A stretch of 64,000 nt of DNA from contig JAUXVD010000021.1 of NCBI GenBank assembly GCA_030684575.1, positions 92,633 through 156,632 of the forward strand. Reading direction: 5' to 3'. Shown here piece after piece: positions 43,983 through 54,001 of this stretch (position 1 is the first letter of the stretch; every line of letters starts with the position of its first letter). The notes under the pieces were generated by a model, which did no database searches, was not told where the DNA came from, and worked only from the letters and a program-made list of their open reading frames with translations. Origin of the DNA: Nitrospirota bacterium. Lineage in GTDB: Bacteria; Nitrospirota; Nitrospiria; Nitrospirales; Nitrospiraceae. Made by a program: the position numbers and the translations under genes.

Positions 43983-44220
43983 GCAGGATGCTGAAACAAT
44001 TCGCCAGCATCGTTCTCGCATCGTTCAGACCCTCAACGGGGACCCGGCCGCCTCACTAACTCGGCGGCGCGCACAGACGTGGTGCTCCTTATTCGTCGCA
44101 CCGTGCGCCCCAGCGGGTACGCCTCGGCCCTTCACTCGCTACGGCCTTGCCTGTGGCGCGGCGCGTCTTGGCGCGCCGGGGTTGGGCGGGTGAGAAGTCT
44201 GAACTGTTTGAGCAACCTGC
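43983..44220 (-). repeat. family C element, expanded copy 5
   Basis: Starts GCAGGATGCTGAAACAATTCGCCAGC immediately after the SprT stop TAA. Ends GAACTGTTTGAGCAACCTGC. About 110 nt of extra internal sequence. Confidence 0.7.
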
Positions 44221-44290
44221 GGGAACGTTCTTCTGTTGTGCCACTAAAGTTTTCCCGCAACCTCTTAACCTCCTGTCTTGGGGATGATCC

Positions 44291-45439
44291 ATGCGCTGGT
44301 CTCGTCAGATTCTCTTCGGAGACGTGGATGCCATGTTCGCCTCAGCCGCCGTCCTGGCAAACCCCAGTCTTGCGGGCAAACCAGTCGCCGTCGGTGGTTC
44401 CTCTCCGCGAGGCATCATCGCAGCCGCCAGTTATGCCGCCCGTGTGTTCGGCGTCCGCTCGGCCATGCCGACCGGCGAAGCCCGGCGCCTCTGCCCCGAC
44501 CTTATTCTTGTCCCCCCGGACAGGCCGCTCTATCATCGGCTGCATGAACAGATGCAGGCCGTCATCAACCGACTGCTCCCCGTCACCGAATGGACGAGCA
44601 TCGATGAGTTTTACGCAGAAACGACGGACATGCAGTCGCTCTATCCCGATCCGTCCAAGCTGGGCCAATGCGTGAAGGACGCGATCTTCGACGCGACGGG
44701 ACTTCGTTGTACGATTGCACTCGCCAGCGGCAAGACCGTGGCAAAGGTGGCCGCGGATGCGCATAAGCCTGATGGACTGGCGGTGATCGAGCCGGGGACG
44801 GAAGCGGCGTTTCTGGCGGCGCGTCCGGTGCGCGACCTGCCGGGCATCGGACCGAAGTCTGCGGCCATGCTGAACGGGCTCGGCATCCACTGCGTCGGCG
44901 ACCTGCTCGATCCACGACATGAGCCGTTTCTTCGACAACAATGGGGCACCCGCCTTCTCGCATGGCAAGAGGTGGCGCAAGGAATCGATCGCGACCCAGT
45001 CGTGGTCGATCGAGCCTCCAAAAGTCTCGGGCATGAAACGACGTTCGAACAGGACACCAGCGATCTGGCCTTCCTGGAACAGACGATCAAAAGTTTTCTC
45101 GGGACCTTGGCGCACGACCTGCGCGTGCAAGGACTGGCGGCGGGATCGTTCACCGTCAAACTCAAAGATGCCACGTTCCAAATCACCACGCGACAGCAGC
45201 AGTTTGGACATCCGCTCAATTACGATCCTGCCATGTGGCCGGCCGTCCAGTCGGCGCTCCAGAAACTGACCAAGCCGCATACCCGCTATCGGTTGGTGGG
45301 CTTGTCGCTGTCCGGCCTCGTGCCCGCGACAGGCTCGCTCTTCACACAGCGCCAAACTCAGGCAATCGCAGCCCTGGATGGACTGATCGAACGATATGGC
45401 AGTCGTATGGTTCGACTGGGTGGGATTCCGGAAGAGTAA
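44291..45439 (+). CDS. dinB: DNA polymerase IV
   Basis: ILFGDVDAMFASAA, SIDEFY, and the LPGIGPKSAAMLNGLGI HhH motif. 382 aa. Confidence 0.9.
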   Translation: MRWSRQILFGDVDAMFASAAVLANPSLAGKPVAVGGSSPRGIIAAASYAARVFGVRSAMPTGEARRLCPDLILVPPDRPLYHRLHEQMQAVINRLLPVTEWTSIDEFYAETTDMQSLYPDPSKLGQCVKDAIFDATGLRCTIALASGKTVAKVAADAHKPDGLAVIEPGTEAAFLAARPVRDLPGIGPKSAAMLNGLGIHCVGDLLDPRHEPFLRQQWGTRLLAWQEVAQGIDRDPVVVDRASKSLGHETTFEQDTSDLAFLEQTIKSFLGTLAHDLRVQGLAAGSFTVKLKDATFQITTRQQQFGHPLNYDPAMWPAVQSALQKLTKPHTRYRLVGLSLSGLVPATGSLFTQRQTQAIAALDGLIERYGSRMVRLGGIPEE

Positions 45440-45449
45440 CCAGGCAGGC

Positions 45450-45635
45450 TCAGCTTGGACGTTGACTGTCGGACGGGCGGACCGAGTTCAAGAACGCTTC
45501 CACTTCCTGAATGACCACCGCCTGCTCCTCAGCAGACAGCTTATCCCAATGTTGCCGGAGCGGTTCAAAGTATCGCCTGATAGAGGTATAGAGACTATAG
45601 GCTTTCCCGTTTCGTTCATCCTGACTGTCGGCCAT
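45450..45635 (-). CDS. hypothetical small protein
   Basis: 61-aa ORF with plausible composition, convergent with dinB. No domain recognised. Confidence 0.35.
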   Translation of the reverse strand: MADSQDERNGKAYSLYTSIRRYFEPLRQHWDKLSAEEQAVVIQEVEAFLNSVRPSDSQRPS

Positions 45636-46305
45636 GATTCTCGTCCTTTCACATCCTCCGAGTAGGCCAGCAGTCTAGTCAATTCTCCCCGTGGCAGACA
45701 AGGGATGATTACATCTCACACCCGTGGCAACTGCGTATTCTGCTCAAAACAGCCACCGATTATGACGAAAACCAGCCACTCACAATGCGACAAACCAGCC
45801 GACCGAACTGCCCAAGCCTCAATGAGTTGTTGAATATTGATAGACTTCCCGACTCAGGTAAGGATCGGCACGAGATTGATGATTTCTCGTTTTTCTGAAC
45901 GGCTGCTTCCGACCCAAACCCGACGTCTACGACCGACCGCTATCAGGTGTTCCAATCGAATGATGGCACCCTCGGTATCCCACGGGGAGTAAAAGAAAGA
46001 GCATCCATCGCCGCAGCTTCTTTACGAAGGGCGGCAGACAGCTTAGACAGATCTTGAAAGTCGGCGATGTGGTTATCCGCAGAAAGACCTGTCCTGGTAG
46101 CAGCGTGATAGCAGATGCAGATGATGAAAGCAGAAAATGATGGCTCATCGCTTCCTCCAATGACAAGATGGGTTGTTCGATCGTGACCGTGCCGTCTTCG
46201 GTGATGAGTTGATCCAGGTTGTATGGATGAGCTGGGACGGTCGGGGCGCTATGAAGAGTGGATGCACCCGAAAGACAATGAGACACCAGATTAATCAAAC
46301 AGCGG

Positions 46306-46689
46306 ATGAAGGCTCGTATGACGAAGATTCTTGTCATAGACGATGATGTCCGAGACCGAGGCCTCCTAGCTGCCGTCCTCGAGGAAAGAGGATATGAAGT
46401 TATTTTGGCAGATAATGGTGGGGCAGGGTTGACGTTATGTCACCGGCGAACTCCTGATGCTGTCGTGTTGGACCTCAACATGCCTGGAATAGACGGTCGG
46501 AGCTTACTGCAGCAATTGCGGATACTGCACCCCACCCTACCGGTCGTAGTTTTTAGTGGTCACAGCACTGACGAGGTTGAGCAAGAGATGCTGAACCAGG
46601 GCGCCACGGCCTGTATTCAGAAGGCATTTTCGCTCGATCAACTTGGGTCGGCATTGCAGGAGGTCCTACCCTCCCCCCACTCAAGCTGA
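46306..46689 (+). CDS. orphan single-domain response regulator (CheY-like)
   Basis: ILVIDDDVRDRGLL...DAVVLDLNMPGIDG...VVVFSGH...K receiver signature. Confidence 0.85.
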   Translation: MKARMTKILVIDDDVRDRGLLAAVLEERGYEVILADNGGAGLTLCHRRTPDAVVLDLNMPGIDGRSLLQQLRILHPTLPVVVFSGHSTDEVEQEMLNQGATACIQKAFSLDQLGSALQEVLPSPHSS

Positions 46690-47140
46690 CAGCTGATTCG
46701 CATACAAGACGACACAGACCCACTCCAGCCAAGCGTAGCGCGAAGCGCGCACCATCTCGAATGAACGACCGCTTTCAGGCGTGAAGCTTGCCGTAGCGAC
46801 TGTCGCAAATTGGCCGAATGCTGCCGGAGGCAACTGGCCATTTGCCGTCTGATTTGCGGACAGGATGAGCTAGACTGGACGCACGAGTTTACGCGGGATA
46901 TACGACCCCTGCGCAAACAGGTTTTATGGACAAAGCGTTTACAATGCGATCACTTTCACACTGATCTTCTCCCTCCATACTCCCCTACCTCTTTCATCAA
47001 CCGATAGCCAGATGAGGCTTGATCCAGTTTCAAACTTTATTCCCAAGTCTCATACTTTCTCACTGCCAACACTGGCGGACTATTTGAGCATCCTGCGCAA
47101 GTCTCTTTCCATCCGAGCACACAGTCGGTATGATGCAGCC

Positions 47141-47617
47141 ATGTCTGTGAAAGTCATGACGAAAGACCAGCTGATCCCGCTTCTGCGTGCGGCGCAGGCC
47201 CGGAGCAAACGTATCGTGTTCACGAACGGCTGTTTCGACCTCATGCATGTGGGCCATACCCGTTACCTCCAGGCGGCGAGAGATCTCGGAGACCTCCTGG
47301 TCGTCGCCGTCAACAGCGATGACTCGGTCAGGAGCTTGAACAAAGCACCGGATCGGCCGATCGTCCCGGAGACTCAGCGGGCGGAAGTGGTCGCCGCTCT
47401 CAGTTCGGTCGATTATGTGGTCCTCTTCAACGAACCGAACCCCCACAGTTTGATTGCCGCCTTGCAGCCGGATGTGCTCGTCAAAGGCGGAGATTGGGCG
47501 GTGGAACGGATCGTTGGCCGCGAAATCGTCGAAGCCCGCGGCGGGGTCGTCCGTACTATTCCCTTAGTCCCTGGCGTCTCCACCACGACGCTGATTCAAC
47601 GTATTCGCTCAACCTAG
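47141..47617 (+). CDS. D-glycero-beta-D-manno-heptose 1-phosphate adenylyltransferase (RfaE domain II-like)
   Basis: VFTNGCFDLMHVGHTRYLQAARDLGDLLVVAVNSDDSV cytidylyltransferase motif. ATG at 47141. Confidence 0.8.
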   Translation: MSVKVMTKDQLIPLLRAAQARSKRIVFTNGCFDLMHVGHTRYLQAARDLGDLLVVAVNSDDSVRSLNKAPDRPIVPETQRAEVVAALSSVDYVVLFNEPNPHSLIAALQPDVLVKGGDWAVERIVGREIVEARGGVVRTIPLVPGVSTTTLIQRIRST

Positions 47618-47742
47618 CAGGATGCTGAAACAATTCGCCAGCGTCGTTCTCGGCTCATCGAAATTCTCAACGTACCCTCATGGGTACGCCTCCGGTTTCG
47701 ACTCACCTCCGGCCTTGCTGACAAACTGTTTGAGCATCCCGC
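47617..47742 (-). repeat. family C element, copy 4
   Basis: Starts at the G of the stop TAG of the preceding gene. The central hairpin is GTACCCtcatGGGTAC instead of GTAGCCaggGGCTAC. Confidence 0.85.
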
Positions 47743-47826
47743 TAAGCTCTTCTTTTATCATTCGATGCCCTGTCGGCCATCAAAAAAACTGCCATGAAAA
47801 GCTAGCTGCTCTCTAGCCCATACACC

Positions 47827-50800
47827 ATGTCCGAAACGATCTCTTCAACATCAGCATCCCAGTGGTTCGTTCCTGTCGCTGCGGCGCTAGGAGACGGAAC
47901 AGGCCGCCCCTCGGTCGCAGGCTTATACGGCTCCACCGCCGGGCTTGCCCTCACCATGCTCCTGCATCCCCAGATGGGCAAATTGGGGAGTCGGTCCTGG
48001 CTGATCGTCACCGGGTCGGACGAGGCGGCTGAACGCCTCTTTGATGACCTGCGATTTTTCCATGACCTCATCGGCCTTCCCACGGCTCCCCTCGCGCTGT
48101 TCCCGAAATGGGAAATCTTGCCCTACGAGAACAACGCGCCTCTGGTCAATCTGGTTGCGCGCCGGATGAATGCCCTGCATCACATCCGGACCACCCCACA
48201 GACCTGCCTGGTCACCTCGATCGCGGCGCTCATGCAACGGCTATTGCCCGTCGAGACGTTTAGCCACACCACCCTGCAACTCAAGCTGGGCGGCACGATC
48301 GAACGAGAAACCCTCACCGGAGGATTGTTACGGCTCGGCTATCGGCAGGTCTCGGTGGTGGAAATTCCCGGAGAGTTCAGTATTCGAGGCGGCATTGTCG
48401 ATATTTTTTCGACGGCCTATGCCGACCCGCTACGAGCAGAGTTTCTTGGCGAAACCATCGACTCGCTCCGCCTCTTCGATTCGGCCACGCAAAAGTCCAT
48501 CAAGAAGCTGGATCGAGCGATCGTCCTGCCCGCACGGGAATACTTGCGTGCCGAGACGTCGCCGGACGCCCTTGCCCCCATCCCTGCGGATGCAGAATGG
48601 CACGCACCGGATCTGTATCCCCGTATGGACACCCTCTTCGACTATTTTACCGAACAGCCTATCTTGGTCATGGATCAGCCTGCCGGATTGAAAGGGAGCT
48701 GCGAGGACCTCTGGGGTAAAATCGACGACGGTTATCTCCGCCATACCGACCGGGAGTCCCTCGCACCTTATCCATCACCGGAACGATTGTTTCTCTCCTG
48801 GGCTGCGCTCTTGGATTACACGAAGCGGTTGCCCGCCCTCGCACTCGAGCCGCTCACACCAAGCGATGCATCCTGGAGTCCGGTCCTGACTTTTCCCGCT
48901 CAGAGCCCGGCCAGCGCAGGCCTCGGGGCTCGCGGCATGCCCTTCAGCCAGACCCTGGCCATCATGGATCGCCTGCGGGATGAATGCCGCGTCGTGCTCG
49001 TCGCGAGAAGCCGCGGCCAGGTCGATCGCTTGCTGGCGCTCTTGCGCGAACACGATGTGCCGGCGACGGAATGGACTGCAGGAACCTGGACCGCGACCGG
49101 AAAAACCAAAGCGCCGTTCTACGTCTTGCACGGCGATCTGTCCGCGGGGTTTCTCGCTCCTGACTTGCGCCTGGCGGTACTCACGGAAGAAGAACTGTTT
49201 GCCAAGGGCGCACGCCACAAACCCCAGGCCAAGAGTAAAGCCGCGACGTTCCTTTCGTCGTTGGAAGATCTCAACGTGGGCGACTATGTCGTCCATGTCC
49301 AACATGGCATCGCCCGGTATCAAGGTCTCAAGCGCCTCTCGGTACAGGACTTCGACAGCGATTACTTGATCCTGGAATTCGCCGGCGGGGACAAGCTGTA
49401 TGTCCCCCTGGAGAAACTCAGCCATGTGCAGCGGTATAGCGGGGCAGACGGCCATGGCCCACGTCTGGAACGGCTCGGCGGAACCAATTGGGCCAAAACG
49501 ACCGCGCGCGTCAAAAAGGACATCGAGGAGATGGCCCATGAGTTGGTCGACCTCTATGCCAACCGCGAACTCGTCACGCGCCATGCCTATGGATTCGACA
49601 GCACCATGTACCACGAATTCGAAGCCGCGTTCGAATATGAAGAAACGGCGGATCAGCTCAAAGCGGTCGAGGACATTACCCGCGACATGGAGTCCAGCAA
49701 ACCGATGGACCGATTGGTCTGCGGCGACGTGGGGTACGGAAAAACGGAAGTGGCCATGCGGGCGGCCTTCAAGGCCGTGGAGGCCAATCGCCAAGTCGCC
49801 GTGCTCGTGCCCACAACCCTCCTGGCCCACCAACATTACGACAACTTCTCGGAACGGTTCGCTCCGTTCCCCGCACGCGTGGCCCTGCTGTCCCGTTTCC
49901 AATCGCCGAAGGAGGCCAAGGCCATTCTCAAAGACGTGGCGGCCGGGGATGTCGACGTCATCATCGGAACCCACCGGCTCGTCCAGAAAGATGTGTTGTT
50001 CCGCGACCTGGGTCTCGTGATCATCGATGAAGAACAATGGTTCGGCGTCAAACACAAAGAGCGATTGAAACAACTCCGCACCCAGGTCGACGTCTTGACG
50101 CTTACGGCCACCCCGATTCCCCGCACCTTGCAAATGGCCATGGCAAGCGTACGCGATCTCTCCATCATCGAAACCCCGCCGGCAGGCCGCCTCGCCATTC
50201 GCACGCAGGTGGTCCGATTTAGCGACACACTCGTGCGAGAGGCGATCTTGCGGGAGCTGGGACGTGGCGGGCAGGTCTACTTCGTCCATAACCGGGTCGA
50301 GACGATGGAAAAGACGGGAGCCTGGCTCCACCAATTGGTGCCGGACGCGCGCATCGTGATGGCCCATGGGCAGATGAACGCGAAACCGCTTGAAGCCGTG
50401 ATGTTGAAATTCTTCCGGCGGGAAGCCGACGTGTTGATCGCCTCGGCCATTATCCAATCGGGCATCGATGTGCCCCATGCCAACACGATCATCATCAATC
50501 GTGCTGACATGTTCGGCCTTGCACAGTTGTACCAATTACGCGGACGGGTGGGCCGGAGCGGCGATCAAGCCTACGCCTACTTCCTGGTACCAGACGAAGG
50601 GCAACTGAGCGAGGACGCACAGAAACGCCTGACTGCGATTCAGCAATTTACCGAACTGGGAGCCGGCTTTCGGATCGCCGCAGCGGATATGGAAATTCGA
50701 GGCGCCGGCAATCTCCTTGGCAAGCAACAGTCAGGACATATCGCCGCCATCGGACTGGACCTCTACATGCAGATGGTGGAGCAGGCCGTCCAGCGCCTCA

Positions 50801-51300
50801 GAGGCCAGGTGGTGGAAGAAGAACCGGATCCCGTACTCCGGCTCAACGTTTCCGCCTTCATCCCGGATGCCTATGTCGCCGATCCTCATCAGCGCCTCTC
50901 TTGTTACAAACGGCTGTCGTCCTGCACCCAAGTCGGAGACCTCGCATTGCTGCATGGCGAAATCCAGGATCGGTACGGGCTGGCCCCGGACTCCGTCGAG
51001 CGGTTGTTCGAAGTCATGCAGGTGCGGCTCCAGGCCAAAGCATTGCGCCTAGCTGCCATTGAGCTCAAATCCCACTCCGTCGTTGTGACGCTCGACGCTA
51101 AGAGCAAGGTCTCGAGCCAGGCGATTCACCGGATGATGGACCGGTACAAGAAACGCGTCTGCTTCCTGTCTCCCCTCTCGTTCGAGCTCCAAATGCCGCA
51201 CCAGGATTGGCCTTCCATCTTTCGAGAACTCACCGCAACCTTGCAAAGCCTGGGAGTCTGTGATACCAACACAACAGTGCCTCCGCGTCCATCTCGCTAA
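47827..51300 (+). CDS. mfd: transcription-repair coupling factor
   Basis: 1157 aa. CarD-like GDYVVHVQHGIARY. Helicase motifs GDVGYGKTEVA, DEEQWFG, LTLTATPIPRTL. TRG region. Confidence 0.93.
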   Translation: MSETISSTSASQWFVPVAAALGDGTGRPSVAGLYGSTAGLALTMLLHPQMGKLGSRSWLIVTGSDEAAERLFDDLRFFHDLIGLPTAPLALFPKWEILPYENNAPLVNLVARRMNALHHIRTTPQTCLVTSIAALMQRLLPVETFSHTTLQLKLGGTIERETLTGGLLRLGYRQVSVVEIPGEFSIRGGIVDIFSTAYADPLRAEFLGETIDSLRLFDSATQKSIKKLDRAIVLPAREYLRAETSPDALAPIPADAEWHAPDLYPRMDTLFDYFTEQPILVMDQPAGLKGSCEDLWGKIDDGYLRHTDRESLAPYPSPERLFLSWAALLDYTKRLPALALEPLTPSDASWSPVLTFPAQSPASAGLGARGMPFSQTLAIMDRLRDECRVVLVARSRGQVDRLLALLREHDVPATEWTAGTWTATGKTKAPFYVLHGDLSAGFLAPDLRLAVLTEEELFAKGARHKPQAKSKAATFLSSLEDLNVGDYVVHVQHGIARYQGLKRLSVQDFDSDYLILEFAGGDKLYVPLEKLSHVQRYSGADGHGPRLERLGGTNWAKTTARVKKDIEEMAHELVDLYANRELVTRHAYGFDSTMYHEFEAAFEYEETADQLKAVEDITRDMESSKPMDRLVCGDVGYGKTEVAMRAAFKAVEANRQVAVLVPTTLLAHQHYDNFSERFAPFPARVALLSRFQSPKEAKAILKDVAAGDVDVIIGTHRLVQKDVLFRDLGLVIIDEEQWFGVKHKERLKQLRTQVDVLTLTATPIPRTLQMAMASVRDLSIIETPPAGRLAIRTQVVRFSDTLVREAILRELGRGGQVYFVHNRVETMEKTGAWLHQLVPDARIVMAHGQMNAKPLEAVMLKFFRREADVLIASAIIQSGIDVPHANTIIINRADMFGLAQLYQLRGRVGRSGDQAYAYFLVPDEGQLSEDAQKRLTAIQQFTELGAGFRIAAADMEIRGAGNLLGKQQSGHIAAIGLDLYMQMVEQAVQRLRGQVVEEEPDPVLRLNVSAFIPDAYVADPHQRLSCYKRLSSCTQVGDLALLHGEIQDRYGLAPDSVERLFEVMQVRLQAKALRLAAIELKSHSVVVTLDAKSKVSSQAIHRMMDRYKKRVCFLSPLSFELQMPHQDWPSIFRELTATLQSLGVCDTNTTVPPRPSR

Positions 51301-51317
51301 CAAGGTCTTGTGCACTT

Positions 51318-52217
51318 ATGATTCGATCATCGAACGGTTCCATCAACGTCGTCGCGGTCCGCCTCGTCTGTCTGCTCGCCGGCGCCATCGGCGGCGGTCT
51401 CGTCCTGCTGACCAGTTGTACGCCTCCGCCAGAGGAAAGTGTGTTGGCCCTCGTCAATGGCCGACAGATCACACAGAACGAATTCGAAACCCGCTGGGGA
51501 GAACTGGCCGACGCGACCAGGGCGCGGTACGAGAAAGACGGAGGCAAGCGCCGCTTCCTCGACGAGCTCATCACCCGCGAACTGCTCATGCAGGAGGCGC
51601 GTAAACAGGGACTCGATCAGAACGATGCCATCCGCGATCGCGCGCAACGCTATCGGGAACAATTGATCCTCGACGAACTCCTCAAAGATCGCATCAAGGC
51701 CAAAATCGAACTCTCAAAGGAGGAGTTGGACGCCTTCTACGAGAAACATGCCCATGAACTCCTGACACCCTTGAAGGTCCAGGTATCGCAGATGTTGCTG
51801 CCCAATTTCCCCGCCGCGAAAGATCTCGAAAAACAGGTCAACCAGGGCGGCGACTTCGCCAAATTTGCGCAACGCTATTCCCTCGACAACAAAACGAAGG
51901 CCAAGGGGGGCGATCTTGGCCCCTATCACAAGGACTTGGTCATTCCCGAAGTTGACGATGTCATTCATACCCTCAAGCCCGGCATGGTCAGTGCCCCGAT
52001 CAAGACGGACGCCGGCTATTACCTCGTCATGATCACGGCACTCGATAAGGAAATTATTCAGGCAGATTTGGCCGTTCGTGAGCGCCTCCGGCAAGAACTG
52101 CTCAACGAAAAACGCCGAAAACGTTTTGACGATGTGATCGCCGACATCCGCACAAAGGCGATCATCCGCCTCGCCGACGCCTCCCGCTACGTGGCCGACG
52201 ACGTCGGCACACACTGA
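51318..52217 (+). CDS. parvulin-type peptidyl-prolyl isomerase (PrsA/SurA-like)
   Basis: N-terminal anchor, chaperone-like helical region, PpiC domain (QGGDFAKFAQRYS...GGDLGPY...GYYLVMI). Confidence 0.8.
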   Translation: MIRSSNGSINVVAVRLVCLLAGAIGGGLVLLTSCTPPPEESVLALVNGRQITQNEFETRWGELADATRARYEKDGGKRRFLDELITRELLMQEARKQGLDQNDAIRDRAQRYREQLILDELLKDRIKAKIELSKEELDAFYEKHAHELLTPLKVQVSQMLLPNFPAAKDLEKQVNQGGDFAKFAQRYSLDNKTKAKGGDLGPYHKDLVIPEVDDVIHTLKPGMVSAPIKTDAGYYLVMITALDKEIIQADLAVRERLRQELLNEKRRKRFDDVIADIRTKAIIRLADASRYVADDVGTH

Positions 52218-52363
52218 CGCCTCGCGGATCGAGATGGCCTGCATTCCGACTCCTCAACGCCTTCACAAATCGTGTACAATCTCCCGGAACCTCGTCGACC
52301 GGCCGATCTCGACGGCATAGGACGAGCCTCCTATCCATAATCGCGTTCCGTCCGTTCATCACG

Positions 52364-53365
52364 ATGACACCACACGGGTTACGACTCACAGTCTTCTTCG
52401 CATTTGCACTGATCGCACCGGCGGCCCTTCTTTCGGCCGCGCAGGTGGAAGATCGGATCGTGGCAATCGTCAACTCGGACCTCATCATGCTATCCGATAT
52501 GAAACGGGAACTGACCCCCGAGCGGGAGCGGATGCAGAAAGAGTTTCACGGCGACATGCTCGCGCGGCGACTCAAGACGGCGGAATACATGGCGTTGACC
52601 TCGATGATCGAACGCAAGCTGCAACTTCAGGAAGCGAAGACCAGAAGCGTCGAGGTCTCCGATCAGGAAGTTCGACAAGCGGTCAAGAATATGAAGCAAC
52701 AGGGGGAAACGATCGACGAGACGAACCCGGCAAACATGAAAAATGTCCGGGAACAGCTGACCTTGCTCAAAGTCGTCGATCGCGAAGTGCGAAGCGGGGT
52801 GATGGTGGCAGACTCCGACATGAAACGATACTTCCAGGGGCACCGCGATCGATTTGCGCTCCCGGAGGAATATACCCTCAGCCAGATTCTCATCCTCTCC
52901 CGGTCACCGGACGATATGGCCGATGCCAAGGAAAAAATGCGTGACGTGATGAAACGGCTGAAGCAGGGGGAGTCCTTCGAAGACCTGGCACTGCAGTATT
53001 CAGACGGCCCAAACGCCACTCGGGGAGGGCGCATCGGCCTCGTACGGCAGGGAGAGCTCTTACCGGGAATCGAACGAGCCATCACGAATCTCGTACCCGG
53101 CGGCATCTCGGATGTGATTGAAACCTCGGAGGGCATTCACGTCGTGCGGCTGGATGACAAAAAACCCAAGCAGTTCCGCCCGTACGAGGAAGTCCGCGTT
53201 GAAATTCAGGGGCTCGTCTTTCAGCAGAAAAGCGAAGATGTCTTCCAAGCCTGGCTAGCCGACCTCAAGAACAAGGCCTATATCGAGATCAAGTTTGAAG
53301 CTGCTCCTTCAGGGCCGCCCACAACCGGTCCCGCCCCTCGCCCGTCGACGACGAGTAAGGAATGA
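52364..53365 (+). CDS. SurA-like periplasmic chaperone / PPIase
   Basis: Signal peptide, SurA N-terminal-like IVAIVNSDLIMLSDM, parvulin domain (GESFEDLALQYSDGPNATRGGRIG...EGIHVVRL). Confidence 0.8.
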   Translation: MTPHGLRLTVFFAFALIAPAALLSAAQVEDRIVAIVNSDLIMLSDMKRELTPERERMQKEFHGDMLARRLKTAEYMALTSMIERKLQLQEAKTRSVEVSDQEVRQAVKNMKQQGETIDETNPANMKNVREQLTLLKVVDREVRSGVMVADSDMKRYFQGHRDRFALPEEYTLSQILILSRSPDDMADAKEKMRDVMKRLKQGESFEDLALQYSDGPNATRGGRIGLVRQGELLPGIERAITNLVPGGISDVIETSEGIHVVRLDDKKPKQFRPYEEVRVEIQGLVFQQKSEDVFQAWLADLKNKAYIEIKFEAAPSGPPTTGPAPRPSTTSKE

Positions 53366-53891
53366 TCGTCCCGCCTTCAGCCAATCCCAGCCCTTCATGA
53401 AGCCGGCGCAATGCACTGACGCGCTCACTCATTTTCAACTTGTCGACTTTCGTCGCCACGACGATGGGGGGGCGTCCGACGGACAATAACCATGCGATGG
53501 TTTCACGATCCTGTTCGCTCAACACCCGGCATTCGACCAAGACGACCACCGCGCTGAGTTGCTCACTGCCGTTGAGATACTGCTCGATCAACGGCGCCCA
53601 TTCAGCCCGCAACGCTTTCGACACCCTCGCATATCCATATCCAGGCAAGTCCACCAAGACGAACCGCGCCAACCCGGGGTCGTCGCTGGTGACCTGGAAA
53701 AGATTGACCAAGCGGGTCTTTCCCGGCGTACGGCTCACCTTGGCCAGCCCTTTGCGCTGCAAGAGAGAGTTGATGAGCGAGGATTTCCCGACGTTCGACC
53801 GCCCGATGAAAGCGACTTCAGGGAGCTGACCCTTCAGAAACTGTTCTGGACCCGCACAACTTCTGATAAACTCTGCATTCAAGATTTTCAA
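53289..53891 (-). CDS. engB: ribosome biogenesis GTPase YsxC/EngB
   Basis: FIGRSNVGKSSLINSL (G1), DLPGYGYA (G3), TKVDKL (G4). Confidence 0.9.
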   Translation of the reverse strand: MKILNAEFIRSCAGPEQFLKGQLPEVAFIGRSNVGKSSLINSLLQRKGLAKVSRTPGKTRLVNLFQVTSDDPGLARFVLVDLPGYGYARVSKALRAEWAPLIEQYLNGSEQLSAVVVLVECRVLSEQDRETIAWLLSVGRPPIVVATKVDKLKMSERVSALRRLHEGLGLAEGGTIIPYSSSTGEGRDRLWAALKEQLQT

Positions 53892-54001
53892 TGGTCACCC
53901 TCATAGATAGGCAAGGAGCACGAGGCGAGAAGCGAAGCAAGGCACGTATCAGCCCCCTTACCTCTACCTTGTGCCTCGCACCCTGTCATACGCATCGGAC
54001 T

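Noticed and set aside
44342-45355. 337-aa minus-strand ORF
   Set aside because: It is antisense to dinB and is a shadow ORF.
45927-46337. 136-aa minus-strand ORF overlapping the response-regulator start
   Set aside because: The full-length version overlaps the CheY-like gene start and has an implausible composition. Only the shorter 73-aa version with an SD is kept, as a low-interest note.
48775-50535. 586-aa minus-strand ORF
   Set aside because: It is antisense to mfd, whose helicase motifs are unambiguous. It has the usual shadow-ORF composition.
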